From the human T2T-CHM13v2.0 reference genome, Homo sapiens: a DNA stretch of 64,000 bases. Positions 44,673 through 57,600 of the stretch are shown here, piece by piece (within the stretch, counting starts at the first letter, position 1; every line of letters begins with the position of its first letter). The notes below the pieces were generated by a model. That model searched no databases. It was not told where the DNA came from and was given only the letters and a program-made list of their open reading frames with translations. The position numbers were made by a program, and so were the translations under genes. The stretch is from NCBI RefSeq assembly GCF_009914755.1, contig NC_060928.1. One strand, 5' to 3'.

Positions 44673-46699
44673 CCTTAGTGGCTACTCTTTTCCAGTGCTG
44701 ACTGAGTGCTGGGTGCTGGGAACACACTTACGTAGCTACCTCAGTCCTCCCGTGCCCCACAAGACAGGTCCGTCATCAGCTTCACTTCACAGGTGAGGGA
44801 ATGAGGCCCAGAGAAGTTGGGGAACCTCCCCAAGCTCCTCCAAGTGCAGGCCCAGCTGAGTCACGCTCCCCTCAAGGCACACACCCCACAGGTGAGGGTG
44901 GCTCTGTATGAGATGGGTATGGGGGGCGGCAGGAGCCTCTCAGAAAGCCTTCCCTGGCCCATGTGGGCTCACGGCAAGGCCTCTGCATTCTGCTTCCGTT
45001 GGGAAGCCCTTCACCCCCTGGGGTGCTCGCCACCATGGGCACCAAGGTGCCTCCCCAGCCTTGCCTTTGGGCAGCCACGTTGTCTGGGAGGCATCTGGGG
45101 ACTCCATCTGTCCTTCTCCCTGGGCGGGGCACCTGTAGGGCAGGGCCGTTTCTGAGCCATCTCGTATGCCAGCCCTGAGCGGGGCCGCCACTCCACAGGT
45201 GTTGGCCGCATCAGGTCTTGCAGGACTCTGCTGGGTGCCGAGGTGGGAGGGAAGAGGGGAACCCTTGGTCCGTTTCCCTGAGGGATGACGAGCAGCAGAT
45301 GGAGAGGACAGCGTGAAGGGGCGTGGCGGTGAGGCTGGAGGGGAGTTTGTCTGGCCTGCAGAGCCTCCTTCCTGATGCACGCGCTGCTGGTCTGAATGGG
45401 CTGTTTGTTCTGTAGCGTGTCAGGTGCTTCCCGACGTCCTGGTGGGACTGAGATCAAGACGCTGTTGATAAAAGGGCTGTACTTCAGTGGTGTCTTTTGG
45501 CTTTCTTTTCTGTCCACACTGTGACCTGGGGCACATCCTGGCTTCTTTACTTGAGCCACTGTGCATTGACTTGAGTCCTCAGCAACACGGTGGTGTGACT
45601 CATTGGCCGCATTTTATAGGTGAGGGACCTGAGATTCAGAGAGAAAACACTCCGCACGTGAACTCAGCTGGTACGGTGGGCCTGGCTCCAAAGCTTCCCT
45701 TCTCCTGTAGCGCCGCCCTCCTGCCAGTGGCAGCCCCTGAACACTGGATGCGGGGCAGTGTTGGTGAGAAGCACATTCCATTTGTCATTTCTCTTTTGAA
45801 AATAGCTCTTTGTTCACAAGGGCCTTGCAGGTATAAAGTATTCTCATCTTTAGACTTCAGGGTTCAATGAGCTGGTAACAGAGAATGGATTCCCCATGGG
45901 GGCTGGGTGGCATCAGGAGCTGATCCCTGTACACCTGCCTTAAGCCCGTGGAGGTGAGCCACTCACCTCAAGGACAGGCTGCAGCCACAGCTGCCAAAAC
46001 AGGGAAAACGCCCCCGGCCCTGCCTGAACCACAGGGCCTGGCCTGCAGGGAATGGGGGTGTGGATTTGCTGCCAGAATCCGCTTCCTGATAAACCTCTGT
46101 AAGACCCAAGTGCTGTCTCGCACTCCCCCAACCCACGGCCCCTCCCTACCCCCTCGCCATCTTCCCAGCCCCTAGTCATGACCACCTAGTGGCTCTGTGT
46201 GCCTCTTCTGACTCCCGCCCCAAGGCCCCTCTCTGCTCTGGTTTCCTTTGCCTTGAGTGCTGCCCCTCCCTCATCTCACCTAGCTAAGGTCTGCTGAGAA
46301 CCTAGCTCAAGGGAAGCTCTTCTCACTTCCCTTCCGTCCTCATTTGAATTGGTTGTTTTGGGATATTTCATAAGTTGTTGTTTTCCAATTGATTAAAAAT
46401 GACAACTAGTGCAAGATCTTCAGTGAAGTAAGGCCTGCTGTCCCATTACACTGGCACCCTTGGAGCCCAAGTGCCCATCTGCCATGGCACTCACCAGCCA
46501 GTCTATTAAGAATAATCAAGGCCAGGCTTCCCCTGTGCTGTGCTCTCTCAGGGCAAGATCCATGCCCGTTTTTGCTCATCACTGTATCTATTCCTCCAAG
46601 CTCAGGGAAGGTGCTCAGTAACTGTTGGCTGCCAACTGGAGACACACTGGCACCCCCTCTTGCACCGACGCGTGCTCTCAGTGGCCTCTTGTCTTTCAG

Positions 46700-46900
46700 A
46701 ACACCCAGTGCATCCCAGAAGGCTTGGAGAGCTACTACGCGGAGCAAGACTCCAGTGCCCGGGAGAAATTTTACACAGTCATAAACCACTACAACCTGGC
46801 CAAGCAGAGCATCACGCGCTCCGTATCGCCCTGGATGTCAGTTCTGTCAGAAGAGAAGCTGTCCGAGCAGGAGACTGAAGCGGCTGAGAAGTCAGCTTAG
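46700..46900 (+). CDS. NSG1: NSG1 coding exon 4 (aa 120-185, [13 protein letters not shown]...EAAEKSA*)
   Basis: Acceptor tctttcag|, stop TAG at 46898-46900; spliced CDS 129+117+111+201 nt = 185 aa. Confidence 0.98.
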   Translation, partial: NTQCIPEGLESYYAEQDSSAREKFYTVINHYNLAKQSITRSVSPWMSVLSEEKLSEQETEAAEKSA

Positions 46901-48451
46901 CGGGATGGGCAAGTTCCTTACAATGTGTCACTTGCAAATAACAAAGGGACTTTGAGGGACATTTCATTAAATATAATTACTGATACTTTAGAGGTTACTC
47001 ATTTACGGTGCAATTGCTTCTGTTTGCTAATGCTGCTTTGCAAATAAAACTTGCTGCCGACCACCCACGGGCATAAAATCAAGTGCATTTCAGCATTGCC
47101 TAAAGAGCTCTGACACCACTTTTCATGTTAAGATCTTCATTTAGCTCCTTTACTGGGATTTATTGGATGCTGTAAAAAAATAAATTTACACTGGATATGT
47201 GAAGGGTTTGGATCTCAGATAAATGCATTTTGTGGAATTGATTTTCTGAACCGACCCTGCTGTCTGCAAACCTTCCTCCATAGCCATATCTAGAGTGATC
47301 TCTCGCTGTGCTAAGAGCAAGCCTACTTCGCATTTCTTCCTCGGCCATCAGCGGGTAACAGTGCTGACTGCTGCCAAGGTGCACTGTAGTAAGTAAGTGG
47401 CATAGAGAACGAGGAAAAAGACCCCCCCACCCCTCCCTGTGCTGACTCCTGAGTCGGGGTGGGACGGCCCTGCAATGTGGCAGGCTCGGTGTGGATTGAC
47501 TACTCCCTCCCCTCTGACTCTGGCATCTTGGTAAGGAGGGAGGGGCACCACCCATCTGGGTGGAGACAGCTGGGGTTTGCTCCAGTGTGTGTAGACTGGC
47601 AGAGCATGTGAGGGAGAGGGCTGGGAAGAGACGGCCCTGGGCCCGTGAGGTGCAGAACTCTCCCTGCAGGTAGTCTGTCTGCTCTGTGATGTGCTGATAG
47701 GAAAGAGCCCCCACTGGCCCTCTGGTTCACTTCTATTATGAATAAATTTGCACCAATAGCCCCATTAGTTTTTAAAGAAATGAGCTGGGTGGGAAAAGTG
47801 GAAATGTAATTTCTGGTAAGCTTGAGCTACTTTAATTTTTATTCTATGAAACTGATATCCCTTGATGTGGGAAACAGGCAGGAAAGGCTGTGGGGTGGGG
47901 GTGGGGGACTGGTGTGGCACCGTGCAAACAAAATGACAAATTTCAACTCACAATCTTTGTAAGAAAATTGTTCCAGTTTGAATCTTGATATTAAAGTTTA
48001 TGTTTACAAAACTGCCAGTTAGATGAACTAAGTGTGTAAAACAAATAGAAAAGACATTCGCAGACATTTCTTCTATGTTATTGAATGTGTTGTTTCTGGT
48101 GTACGTGTCAAAAGTTTCAGTTTTTTAGATCAGAAATAAACGACAAATAGTGTGAGATGTGTTGTGAACAGGCATGGTGACCGTGGTCAGCGCCACTCTT
48201 GTTTCCTGAAATGTGCTTCTAAGACAGAAAATGTATTTTCTCATCAAGGGTGTCTGGAGACACAGACCGTGACCTTGGCGCAGCGGTGTGCATCAGAGGC
48301 GTGTGCTGAGAAGGGTGGTGTTAAGCTGTGGAAAATGACTCAAGAGCAATAAATCAGTGCCAAAGCTTCCCTGCGCATCTGAATAGACACAAGTGAAGCC
48401 CGTGTGCGCACAGTGCAGAGGCCGAGCCTGTATTTCCAGGTAGACGTGGAC

Positions 48452-48457
48452 TTTATT
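48452..48457 (-). terminator. STX18: STX18 polyadenylation signal AATAAA
   Basis: TTTATT on + strand about 1.05 kb past the STX18 stop; TGTA upstream on the - strand. Confidence 0.7.
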
Positions 48458-48504
48458 GACTGTGAATTCATTTACATGTAACTTCTGACATTTCACTCTG
48501 TGCA

Positions 48505-48510
48505 AATAAA
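48505..48510 (+). terminator. NSG1: Distal NSG1 polyadenylation signal AATAAA
   Basis: Canonical hexamer with TGTA upstream (48477) and GT-rich sequence downstream. Confidence 0.7.
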
Positions 48511-49499
48511 GAACATGAGGATACCTGTGCTGCCCAGTGGACTGTCTGTACACACACGCATTTCACCAGGCGCAGTGCAGACTGTCTCATGCCCATGTGG
48601 GCGCTGGGATGCTTCCTGTACAGATGTCTCATGCCTTCAGTTACACATAGGTGTTCCTGTTTACAGTTCCTGGAGGTCAGAAGCACAGGCACGAGAGAAG
48701 CAGGCCCGTTCTTCCGTGGCCCACTTCTTCCTTTGAACAAAGGCTCCTTGGACCCAGTGGCGGGAAACTGGCCCTCCCACACCCCCTGCCTGCTCTGGGG
48801 GCAGCAGTCTTTGGAGGAGTAATGCCAGGCAGCCCCTCACTGAGGGCCCCAGTCTCCCCTGCATTTCTTCCCTGATTGATTGATAGGAGGTGGCTGGGCT
48901 GCCACTGAATTTGTCAACTTAGACTCATTGACAACACATTAAGGGGCTGTAATTATATTTATTAGATTAACAAGGCAGATGTGAATTTTCTCTTCTATAA
49001 TCCAGTAAGTCTGTGTATTCGTTGACTCAGACAGACAAGAAGCCACAAGGAAACAAAGAAGTAATCATTTGTTGAGAGACGTTATTAACTATGATCTTCC
49101 CTGAAGCTACCGGGATGGGAAAGGTCAGTGTCTTCCTTTGAACCCTGAGACAATTAGGGGCTCTTGAGGCCTGCTGTGCCCCTGCTGCCAAGGCAGCCTC
49201 AAGTTCAAGGAGCAGCTAATCACCCACTCCTGCATTCAGTCTGTCTTGCCTGATGAGGGCTACGCAGGCTGCCTCCCATTGGTGTGCACTGTTTCCTTTT
49301 TCAGCTGCTAAATGGGCTGAACACCATCGGCCTGGGGTATCCCTTTTTGGGGAATACGTCTGTCTGTCTGAACTCCTTTCCCTTCAAATGGCACTGTGAT
49401 AAAATCTGGTCATACCATGCTCCAGCACTGGAAGTACATGAAAGCACGCAGTCTGTGAGTGCCCATGAGGACTCTGGTGCTGGGCCCCCGTGGCCCTGG

Positions 49500-49700
<201 letters not shown>

Positions 49701-50316
49701 CTATGGGTGTCGTTCCATCTGTGCTTACCTTGAATAGATGGCTTTTGAGATCCACCAGAAGACAAATGGGTTATATTTCCCTCTGTTTGGCCATCATTTG
49801 GGTCCTGCACAATTCTCCCTCAACACAACTCTCGGAATCACTCCCTTCTGTCCCAGGTTAAGGGCCCCGAGCAGAGTGTGACCGCAAGCTTTGTGTTTCC
49901 CAGTAACATGATGTCCGTGGTGACCCAACCCTGAGGACTGAGCTTGGGAAACAGTCCCCTCAACAGGATGGCTGTAGTGTCCTCTGTAAGCAGGGGCCAG
50001 GCTCTGACCCCTCGGTGGGGGCCAACGAGCTACCCATGTACATCCCTGGACATGAAGAGCTGGCCTGACCCTGCCAGGAGTACCCCCACCCACCCTGGAT
50101 TGCTCCTTTGGAGGCTGGTGAGCCACTGCCTCTCGAAAGCAGCTGGAGGTGGGCGACAGGTGGTGGGTCTCATGAACACATGCAGCTCCGCGGTCACACA
50201 ATTTTGTGATCAGCCCCGTGAGCTCTGCCCAGCAAGGCTCCTGGGCAGCTGTGCCGGCGAGACTAACACCCGCTGCTGGGACTCAGTGCTGCGCCACGTC
50301 GCACCTGGGGAACCTA

Positions 50317-50573
<257 letters not shown>

Positions 50574-50789
50574 TATACAGCCACTTCCTCCTCCCTGAAG
50601 CGTATATCATGACAAGAACAGGAGCCGTCACCAAGGGCTAACGGCTTTACTTGCATAGCCACAAATCCTCACAGCACCCCAAGAAGTAGGTATTACCTCT
50701 ATTTTATGAAACGGAAACTCACGGCTCAGAGAAGTTTACTAACTTGCCCAAAGTCACATCACACAGCAACCAAGTGGCAGGACTGAGAC

Positions 50790-51017
50790 TTTTTTTTTTT
50801 TGAGACAGGGCTTAAACGATCCTCCCACTTCAGCCTCCCAAGTAGCTGGGAGTATAGGCATGTGCCACCACGCCTGGCTAAATTTTTAAAATTTTTTGTA
50901 GAGATGGGGGGTCTCCCTATGTTGCCCAGGCTGGTCTCGAACTCTGGAGCTCACACCATGCTCCCGCCTCGGCCTCCCAGAGTGCTGGGATTACAGGCAT
51001 GAGCCACCGCGCAGGGC
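50790..51017 (-). mobile_element. Internally deleted AluJ next to a MIR (50640-50790)
   Basis: Alu motifs; MIR core gaaactcacggctcagagaagtttactaacttgcccaaagtcaca. Confidence 0.8.
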
Positions 51018-51748
51018 TGAGACCCCATCTTGTTGCAGTGCTCCTTCCGCCACACTTACCATCCCTCCTGCGCCACTCGCCGGTGACGGACAAAAACCTA
51101 AGAGCTATTGTTTGTGGAGCAGCCACCACATGCCAGGGGCTTCCCTTCTAGTCTCTCATTTCTTTCTGAAGTCCACAGAAGTAAGCTTTAAAATGTATGT
51201 GCTTCGAAATACATATGCTAGCTTCAAAAATAGTGCTTTGTGTTTTACTATCATCATATCTCTTAAAAAACAGGCTAAAATTTAAAAATCAAAATAGGAT
51301 GCAGGATGCTTACAGAAAACGTTTACTCCAAACAAAGCCTTGAAAAGCTTGAGAAGCGTGGGATAACACAGGGGGCGTCTGGCCCCACAGGAGCAGAGAC
51401 GGTGCTAGACGTCCTTACAAGCAGGAGTGCCTGCTTCTCTCCTCCTTTCGGTGGTGGTGAAGCTGCTTCCTAACAGGGTCAGGGCAGAATGAATGCTAGC
51501 GTGGGTTTTTAGAGAAACCTGACTGACACATTGTAGGGAGGAAGGCAGCATGTGGCCTCTGATTCCCAGCAATGAATATTACTGGGATGGCTTTGCCTCA
51601 TCATCACCCCTTTTTAGAGAGTCTCAAAGTGTGAACTAAGTGACCACTGCCAAGGTTCCAATGAGAGAATCAATATGAACTACAATGCAACACTGATGGA
51701 AAAAACAAGAAAGACACATTGTTCCTCAGGACTTAGGAACTCCCAGTG

Positions 51749-52187
<439 letters not shown>

Positions 52188-52980
52188 CTATGAACCCGAA
52201 CTTGCAAACCACTGTTAGACTTAATGTACCTCATTTACAATGATTTCACTCTGGCTGTGTGGTTTATGGAAAGTCATTTTGTGAGTGAAGTATCTTAAGT
52301 CAAGTAGTCCAGTTTAAAATACTGGAGAAAATTTTGTCTTTCAAACGTTCCCATAGTCTTTGGATGCTAAAAATAAAAGGGCAAATTTATCAGGTCTTGA
52401 AAAGTTTTGCCAGTTATTGGCTGGAAGAATTTCAGAAAATTCACTTGAAAAGAACAATCCTATTTCCCACGCAGACACCATCCCTGAGGTGGCATGGACC
52501 GCGCGTTGTGAGAGGCCTGGGTCTGAGCTCCTGTAACCTACTGACTGAAAAGCAACTGCCCGTCAGCATCGTGCTGGATGCTTCTGCAGTTATCTCTCAA
52601 ACAGAGAATAACCCTGCAGGAGTCCCTCCCTCCTATAGATGGGAAACTGTAGCTTGTGGGGGCTACCTAGCTTACCCAGCACATCCAGAACCCTGACTGC
52701 CAGGCCTGGACTCTCCTCCCACGTGCCACCGCATGTGCTACCACATGGGGTGGTCAGTGGGTCCCCTGTGGGGAGCTCCTCCTCCATCACACGTGTGCAG
52801 AGGCAGCTCTGGGTAGTGAGAGCTTTTCCCTGAGGAGCTCTGCGCACACACACCTGCTAGCAACACATGGCTCTGCTCCTGGCTGTGTAGAGCAGCAGCC
52901 TTTGGGAAAAATGTCTCGTGCTCTCAAGTACATTCCCCTTTGAGTGAAAACATACAGCTCCTTTGTTTTTGTTTTTTTAC

Positions 52981-53050
52981 CTGTTGCAAAACCTTTTCCG
53001 TGAATATCTCTTGGAGTCTGGAAATCTCAACCACTCTCCCTTCGATTTGC
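52981..53050 (-). CDS. STX18: Syntaxin-18 exon ((R)QIEGRVVEISRLQEIFTEKVLQQ)
   Basis: 70 nt, phase 2 to phase 0; AG/GT boundaries; matches STX18. Confidence 0.97.
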
Positions 53051-54625
53051 CTTCATAAAAAGAACAGATTACATATTAACTATTAGCACTTGGTAATCTA
53101 ACAGGACTGTTACACACTTCTAAAGAAATCCTATCTTCTACGTGAAGGTGGGAGAGACGGGGCACACTGTGTCGGCTGGGGGAAGAGGAGATGGGAGAGG
53201 AAGGCGAACTCTCCTTACTGGGTCACCTTCCCTGTCTTCTGGCATAGCCTAGCACACTGGTCTTTTTGGAAGTCCACTCTACCATGCCAACTGACCCTCA
53301 GTCCCAAGAGGTGGGTGTGTGCAGTGCCCTTTGCATTCTGTGTCACTGCTCGGGGAATGGGGAGGGCCTGGTTATGCCCCAGTTACAGAAAGCAGTCTCC
53401 AGTAAGTTCTCTGCCTAGCCTCATCACCATGGTAACACATGGTGGGGATTCAGAAGGTCAGAATATGCTGATGATCCAGCTTTGTTAATGCTCAGCAGGT
53501 TAAAGAAAAAAAGTGTATTTACCTTCAAACCAACTCCCTGTTCCAAGAAAAAAGCTCCTCTGATTCATTTAGAAAATGCCATGTCTTGGTTTGGCAACGG
53601 AGTGTTCTGTCGGATCTGAAACACTTGGGCTAGCCATCTTCCTGGTGTCAGGGGCAGCATGGGCTACCCTGGGGGGCGGGTGGGGGCACATCTATTTAGA
53701 AACAGAAGCTGGCCCAAGCTGAAGTCAACTGCTGTTCCAGCACAAAGCAGCGACAGGAAGTGACAGGAGGCAAAAAGTGGTGGGAGCTGAGCTCCTGGCC
53801 AGGTGGAAGCAGTGATGAATCCCAACAGTATCACAGTGGCAGGGGGCAGGGGAGGAGATGTGGGAAGAAAAGCCAGTGAGTATCTGGGCATGGGGGAGTA
53901 GCGGGGTGGGGGCGGTAGTGGGGCAGACAGTGAAAGCTAGGCTGTCAGAGGAGGACTAGGAGGTCCATCTCTGAGGGCAGAAGGCGAAGAGCCCCTTGGA
54001 GGCTGACACCTACACTGAGAAAGTCCTCAGGCTGTGTGAGTGCAGCATCAGGATTGATTTTATTTGGGGGACATGTCCACAATACAACAGGCTCTGCAAA
54101 GTCCTGGGCCTTACTTTCAGCATGCTCCAAGCCTTCCCACAGAAACTAGAGGCTAACGGGTGCATGTGTGAGTGACCAAGGCCTTGCCTTCTGCATTCCT
54201 GACTCCCTGGTGGGTACAGGAGCAGGCAGACCCCAGTGGAACCATTTGCAGAAGAGGGCTTCCCTTGGTTAGCTGCCCTTCATAAGGGCCCCATTTCATT
54301 TCAGAGTCGCTGCGTGGAAACAGCCCGAATGGTGGTGGAAATTATACGCAGGTAATCTGTAGTCACTCCTGTATCTCTCGGGGTGGGAAGCACCTGGGCC
54401 CCCCGCAGCAGTGGCAGCAGGCAGGAGGTAACCCACAGGCCCACAAGCTGAGGGAGTTGTGGATTCAGGCCACATGCCCACCCCAGCCCAGTCAAAATGG
54501 CTGAGGGGGGCTGCACCAGCCCAAGGGCCCCATGGGGATGCCTGGGCACCAAGGTAAATAAAGTTCCTAGTTCCTGGAAAAGTTGTAAAGCAGGCTATCA
54601 GCTCACAGAGGAGCTACAAACATAC

Positions 54626-54684
54626 CTCACTTCATCAAACAAGCTGTTCATTTCACCAATTAGTCGCTGATTTTCCTGTTCAAA
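54626..54684 (-). CDS. STX18: Syntaxin-18 exon (FEQENQRLIGEMNSLFDEV(R))
   Basis: 59 nt; cctcacag| acceptor, GAG|GTATGT donor; upstream exons lie beyond the window. Confidence 0.97.
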
Positions 54685-57600
54685 CTGTGAGGAAACAGAC
54701 ACACTCAGGATGACATCATACTGAACTTAGGCAAGAGTCTAGCAAGAAAGCGGACCTACGCTCCAGGAATCACTGCCGAAGCCCCCATTTCCAGCTGCGG
54801 CAACGTGGCAGCCGGTGCTGGACGACCGTTAGCATTAGTGTGAACAACGTCCCTGCTTTCAGGAGAAAGTTTTAAAAAACAGCTGTGCTGCCTGGTAATT
54901 GACTTCTCCATCTCAACCACTGCACTCCAGGGGTACAAGCTGACTGCTATGGCTGTAGCTGTATCTACCTACCCGCTCTCCCCTGGGATCCCACGGCCTG
55001 CTTCCTGACTCTAGTACCATTATTAAGAAAATTCTTTTGTTGTTGTTTTCTCTCATGAACTATACTGAAGGACTATACATATTTTTTAATATGGAGAAGG
55101 ATCTGGTGTGGGGAGGGTCTGGAGAGGAAGGGGAGGTGGGCAGCTTGGCCGAGCTGCCTCTGGGCCCCTCTGACTTCAGAGCCTGGCCACTCCACTGCTC
55201 AACAGGGACAGAGGCCCAGAGCCAGAGGAGCGTGTTTCCCAGTGCTCAGGCTGGGTGAGGACGGGTGCCCTGACACCAGGGATACATGGGAGCTTCTTGG
55301 AGCTGAGTGAGCTTGGCACAGACAGTTGCTCTCCCAGCCATTCTTGCCAGTTTGATATGGGCCAAAGAAAAGGATGGAAGCTCCTGAAACTCAGCACAGA
55401 GAATGGACAGGAACAGCTCCTTGCCCTCACTGCAGGCCCCCACAGCCCTGTCCTCGTGTGTCCACTCAACTCCCGCAATGTGCAGGGAGTCAGGGGCGTC
55501 CTGCATTTCCTCCCCGATGCATCCCGCAGGCCCCACTTCTCCAGGACACCTACCCTGGCCCCTAAGCTCAAACTTATTTCTCATATTCCTATCCTTGGCC
55601 TACCATTTTCTGAAAATATCTTAGGATAGTAGCGCCCAACGGTCCCTTTCTGCCTTGTAATAAACTGTGCCCATCCCAAACTTCCCGTGTCACCCTGAGC
55701 TTCCTGAGGGCGGGAACTGGGTGGAACATAACTTTGCAAAGGCATTCCAGTTGTTCTTTCTTTCTTATAGATTAAAGCTGCCATCAAATCCACAAATATT
55801 TTCTGAGGCATTCTGTAAGCAGGAGTGGGAGGGATACATACAAGCAAGCCTCTGGAGGCTCCGAATCGATGGAAGATCTGGCTTATCACTTGCTTAGTAA
55901 ACCAAAAATACAAGGGAAACAATGGTTATGGGAGGCAGCTGACCACCACGGGCTATGCTGGCACTTCATTCAACAGCCTGACCTTGTTGCCATTGTCCTA
56001 GGGCGGAAATGAGTTGCAGGGTCTCCCCAGCAGCCTCCTTCCCACCCAGGACCCCTCCCCTCCAAGTACCCCAGCTGTGCTCTATGCAGGCGCTCTTCAC
56101 ACACACGCCCCTTCCTAAGTCCACCAGTTTCGCCCCCGCACATGCACTTGCTGTATTCAGCCCTTCCCCTACCGTCCACATTCCACCCTCACCGTTTCTC
56201 ACTTGCCTCCAACCTGTTATCCAATCCTTGGTCCAAGTGATCTCAAGTGCTGGTCATGCCAGAATGCCTCATGGTGGCCTTGCCCGCTGACCCTACAGAT
56301 CAGGTCTAGGGCACACTGTTATCCATGCCCTGGCCACGTGACATCTCCCACCTCAGCTCTGCTCTGACAGGCTAGTTTCCTGCCTGGCTGCAGAACTCCA
56401 CGTGGTCCCTCAAAACCCCAGGCATCTTCCTAGCGATCTGATACCTCGGGGCAGACTGAATCCCCCCCTCTTACTTTCTCACTCTTGTTACCAAGCTCCC
56501 CTGTACTTGGCTCTTCAAGGACATTTCTCACACTTGTTCAGGGGGCTTGTCTTCTCTCTGTGGAAGGCAGCTGTCCTCCTTTGGACCCTGAGCCCAGCCC
56601 AGGGCCTCACACATGACGGAACACCAGTTCTCGGCCCCGGCTACTCAAAACACAAGGAGGCATCTGCTGCACTCCAGACCCACCGGGCCAGAAAACGGGG
56701 AAGGGGCAAAGCTCTGGGAAGGGCGGAAGTGCCAGGAAAGCTCCCTGCAGGACCAACTCATCCACAGCAGGGGGCCGTGCTGGCTGCTGACACAGAATTG
56801 CTTATGGCCCCTTTAATTAGGCAAGACAAAGGCTATTTAAGAGAGTAAAACTTTCACTTTTGAGTTTGAAAGTATCCGCTCTGTTAACTTCAACAGTTAC
56901 TTAAGAGGACAGTATTTAAGGAAAACATGTAATTACTAAAACATGCAGGCGCCAATTCACTTTGGCTAATTCAGGTACTACTCAGCTTTCCCTGGGTGGC
57001 GGCATTTTCTTGAATTTTTCTAATGACAAAATATGGCCCTGGCCCTGACCTTTTAAATCCACAGTCCCTTTTATGCTTTGAAACTGTTCCTAAACAAAAT
57101 TAACTAGTGGTTTGGGGTGATTCATTCCTGGACTGTTCCTTGGGAACAAAGCTTTTCTTGTTTCCTCCCCAATTTGAGGGCCTGTGGTATAAGGCACTTA
57201 GGTGCGGCACCTCCTCTTAGGCCTCTTCGTAATTGTTAACTTCTGATAGCTCCATGTCCGCCCTCCACTGCACTCAGGAGTGGGATCAGATGCTGGCTCT
57301 AATTTCCTTCCACCCCACCTGAAAAATACCTAGTCCCTAGAGGAAGAGAAGCAGGTGCCTCAAGGATCAAAGGTGCTAAGGGCTGAGGAGAGAGGTTTGC
57401 CAACGGCCAGGAGTTTTAATGGAGAGCCGCCTCTGTGTTTAAAAAACAAAAGGCCTATTTCCCAGACAACTACAAGGTCACTATTACTTAAGGAGGCTGG
57501 CAGGGCCCAGGACAATTAGATCATGGCAAGGCTGCTGACAACACTGACTTGTACCAGGTTTCAGTATGGCTTCCAACGCTGTCTAAATGGCAAACCTGTG

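Larger units (their letters stand above)
46901..48525 (+). other. NSG1: NSG1 3' UTR (distal end approximate)
   Basis: Repeat-free region after the stop with several AATAAA (47043, 47179, 47741, 48135, 48348, 48505). Confidence 0.75.
48430..49499 (-). other. STX18: STX18 3' UTR (end approximate)
   Basis: Between the stop codon and minus-strand AATAAA at 48958-48963 (proximal) and 48452-48457. Confidence 0.7.
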
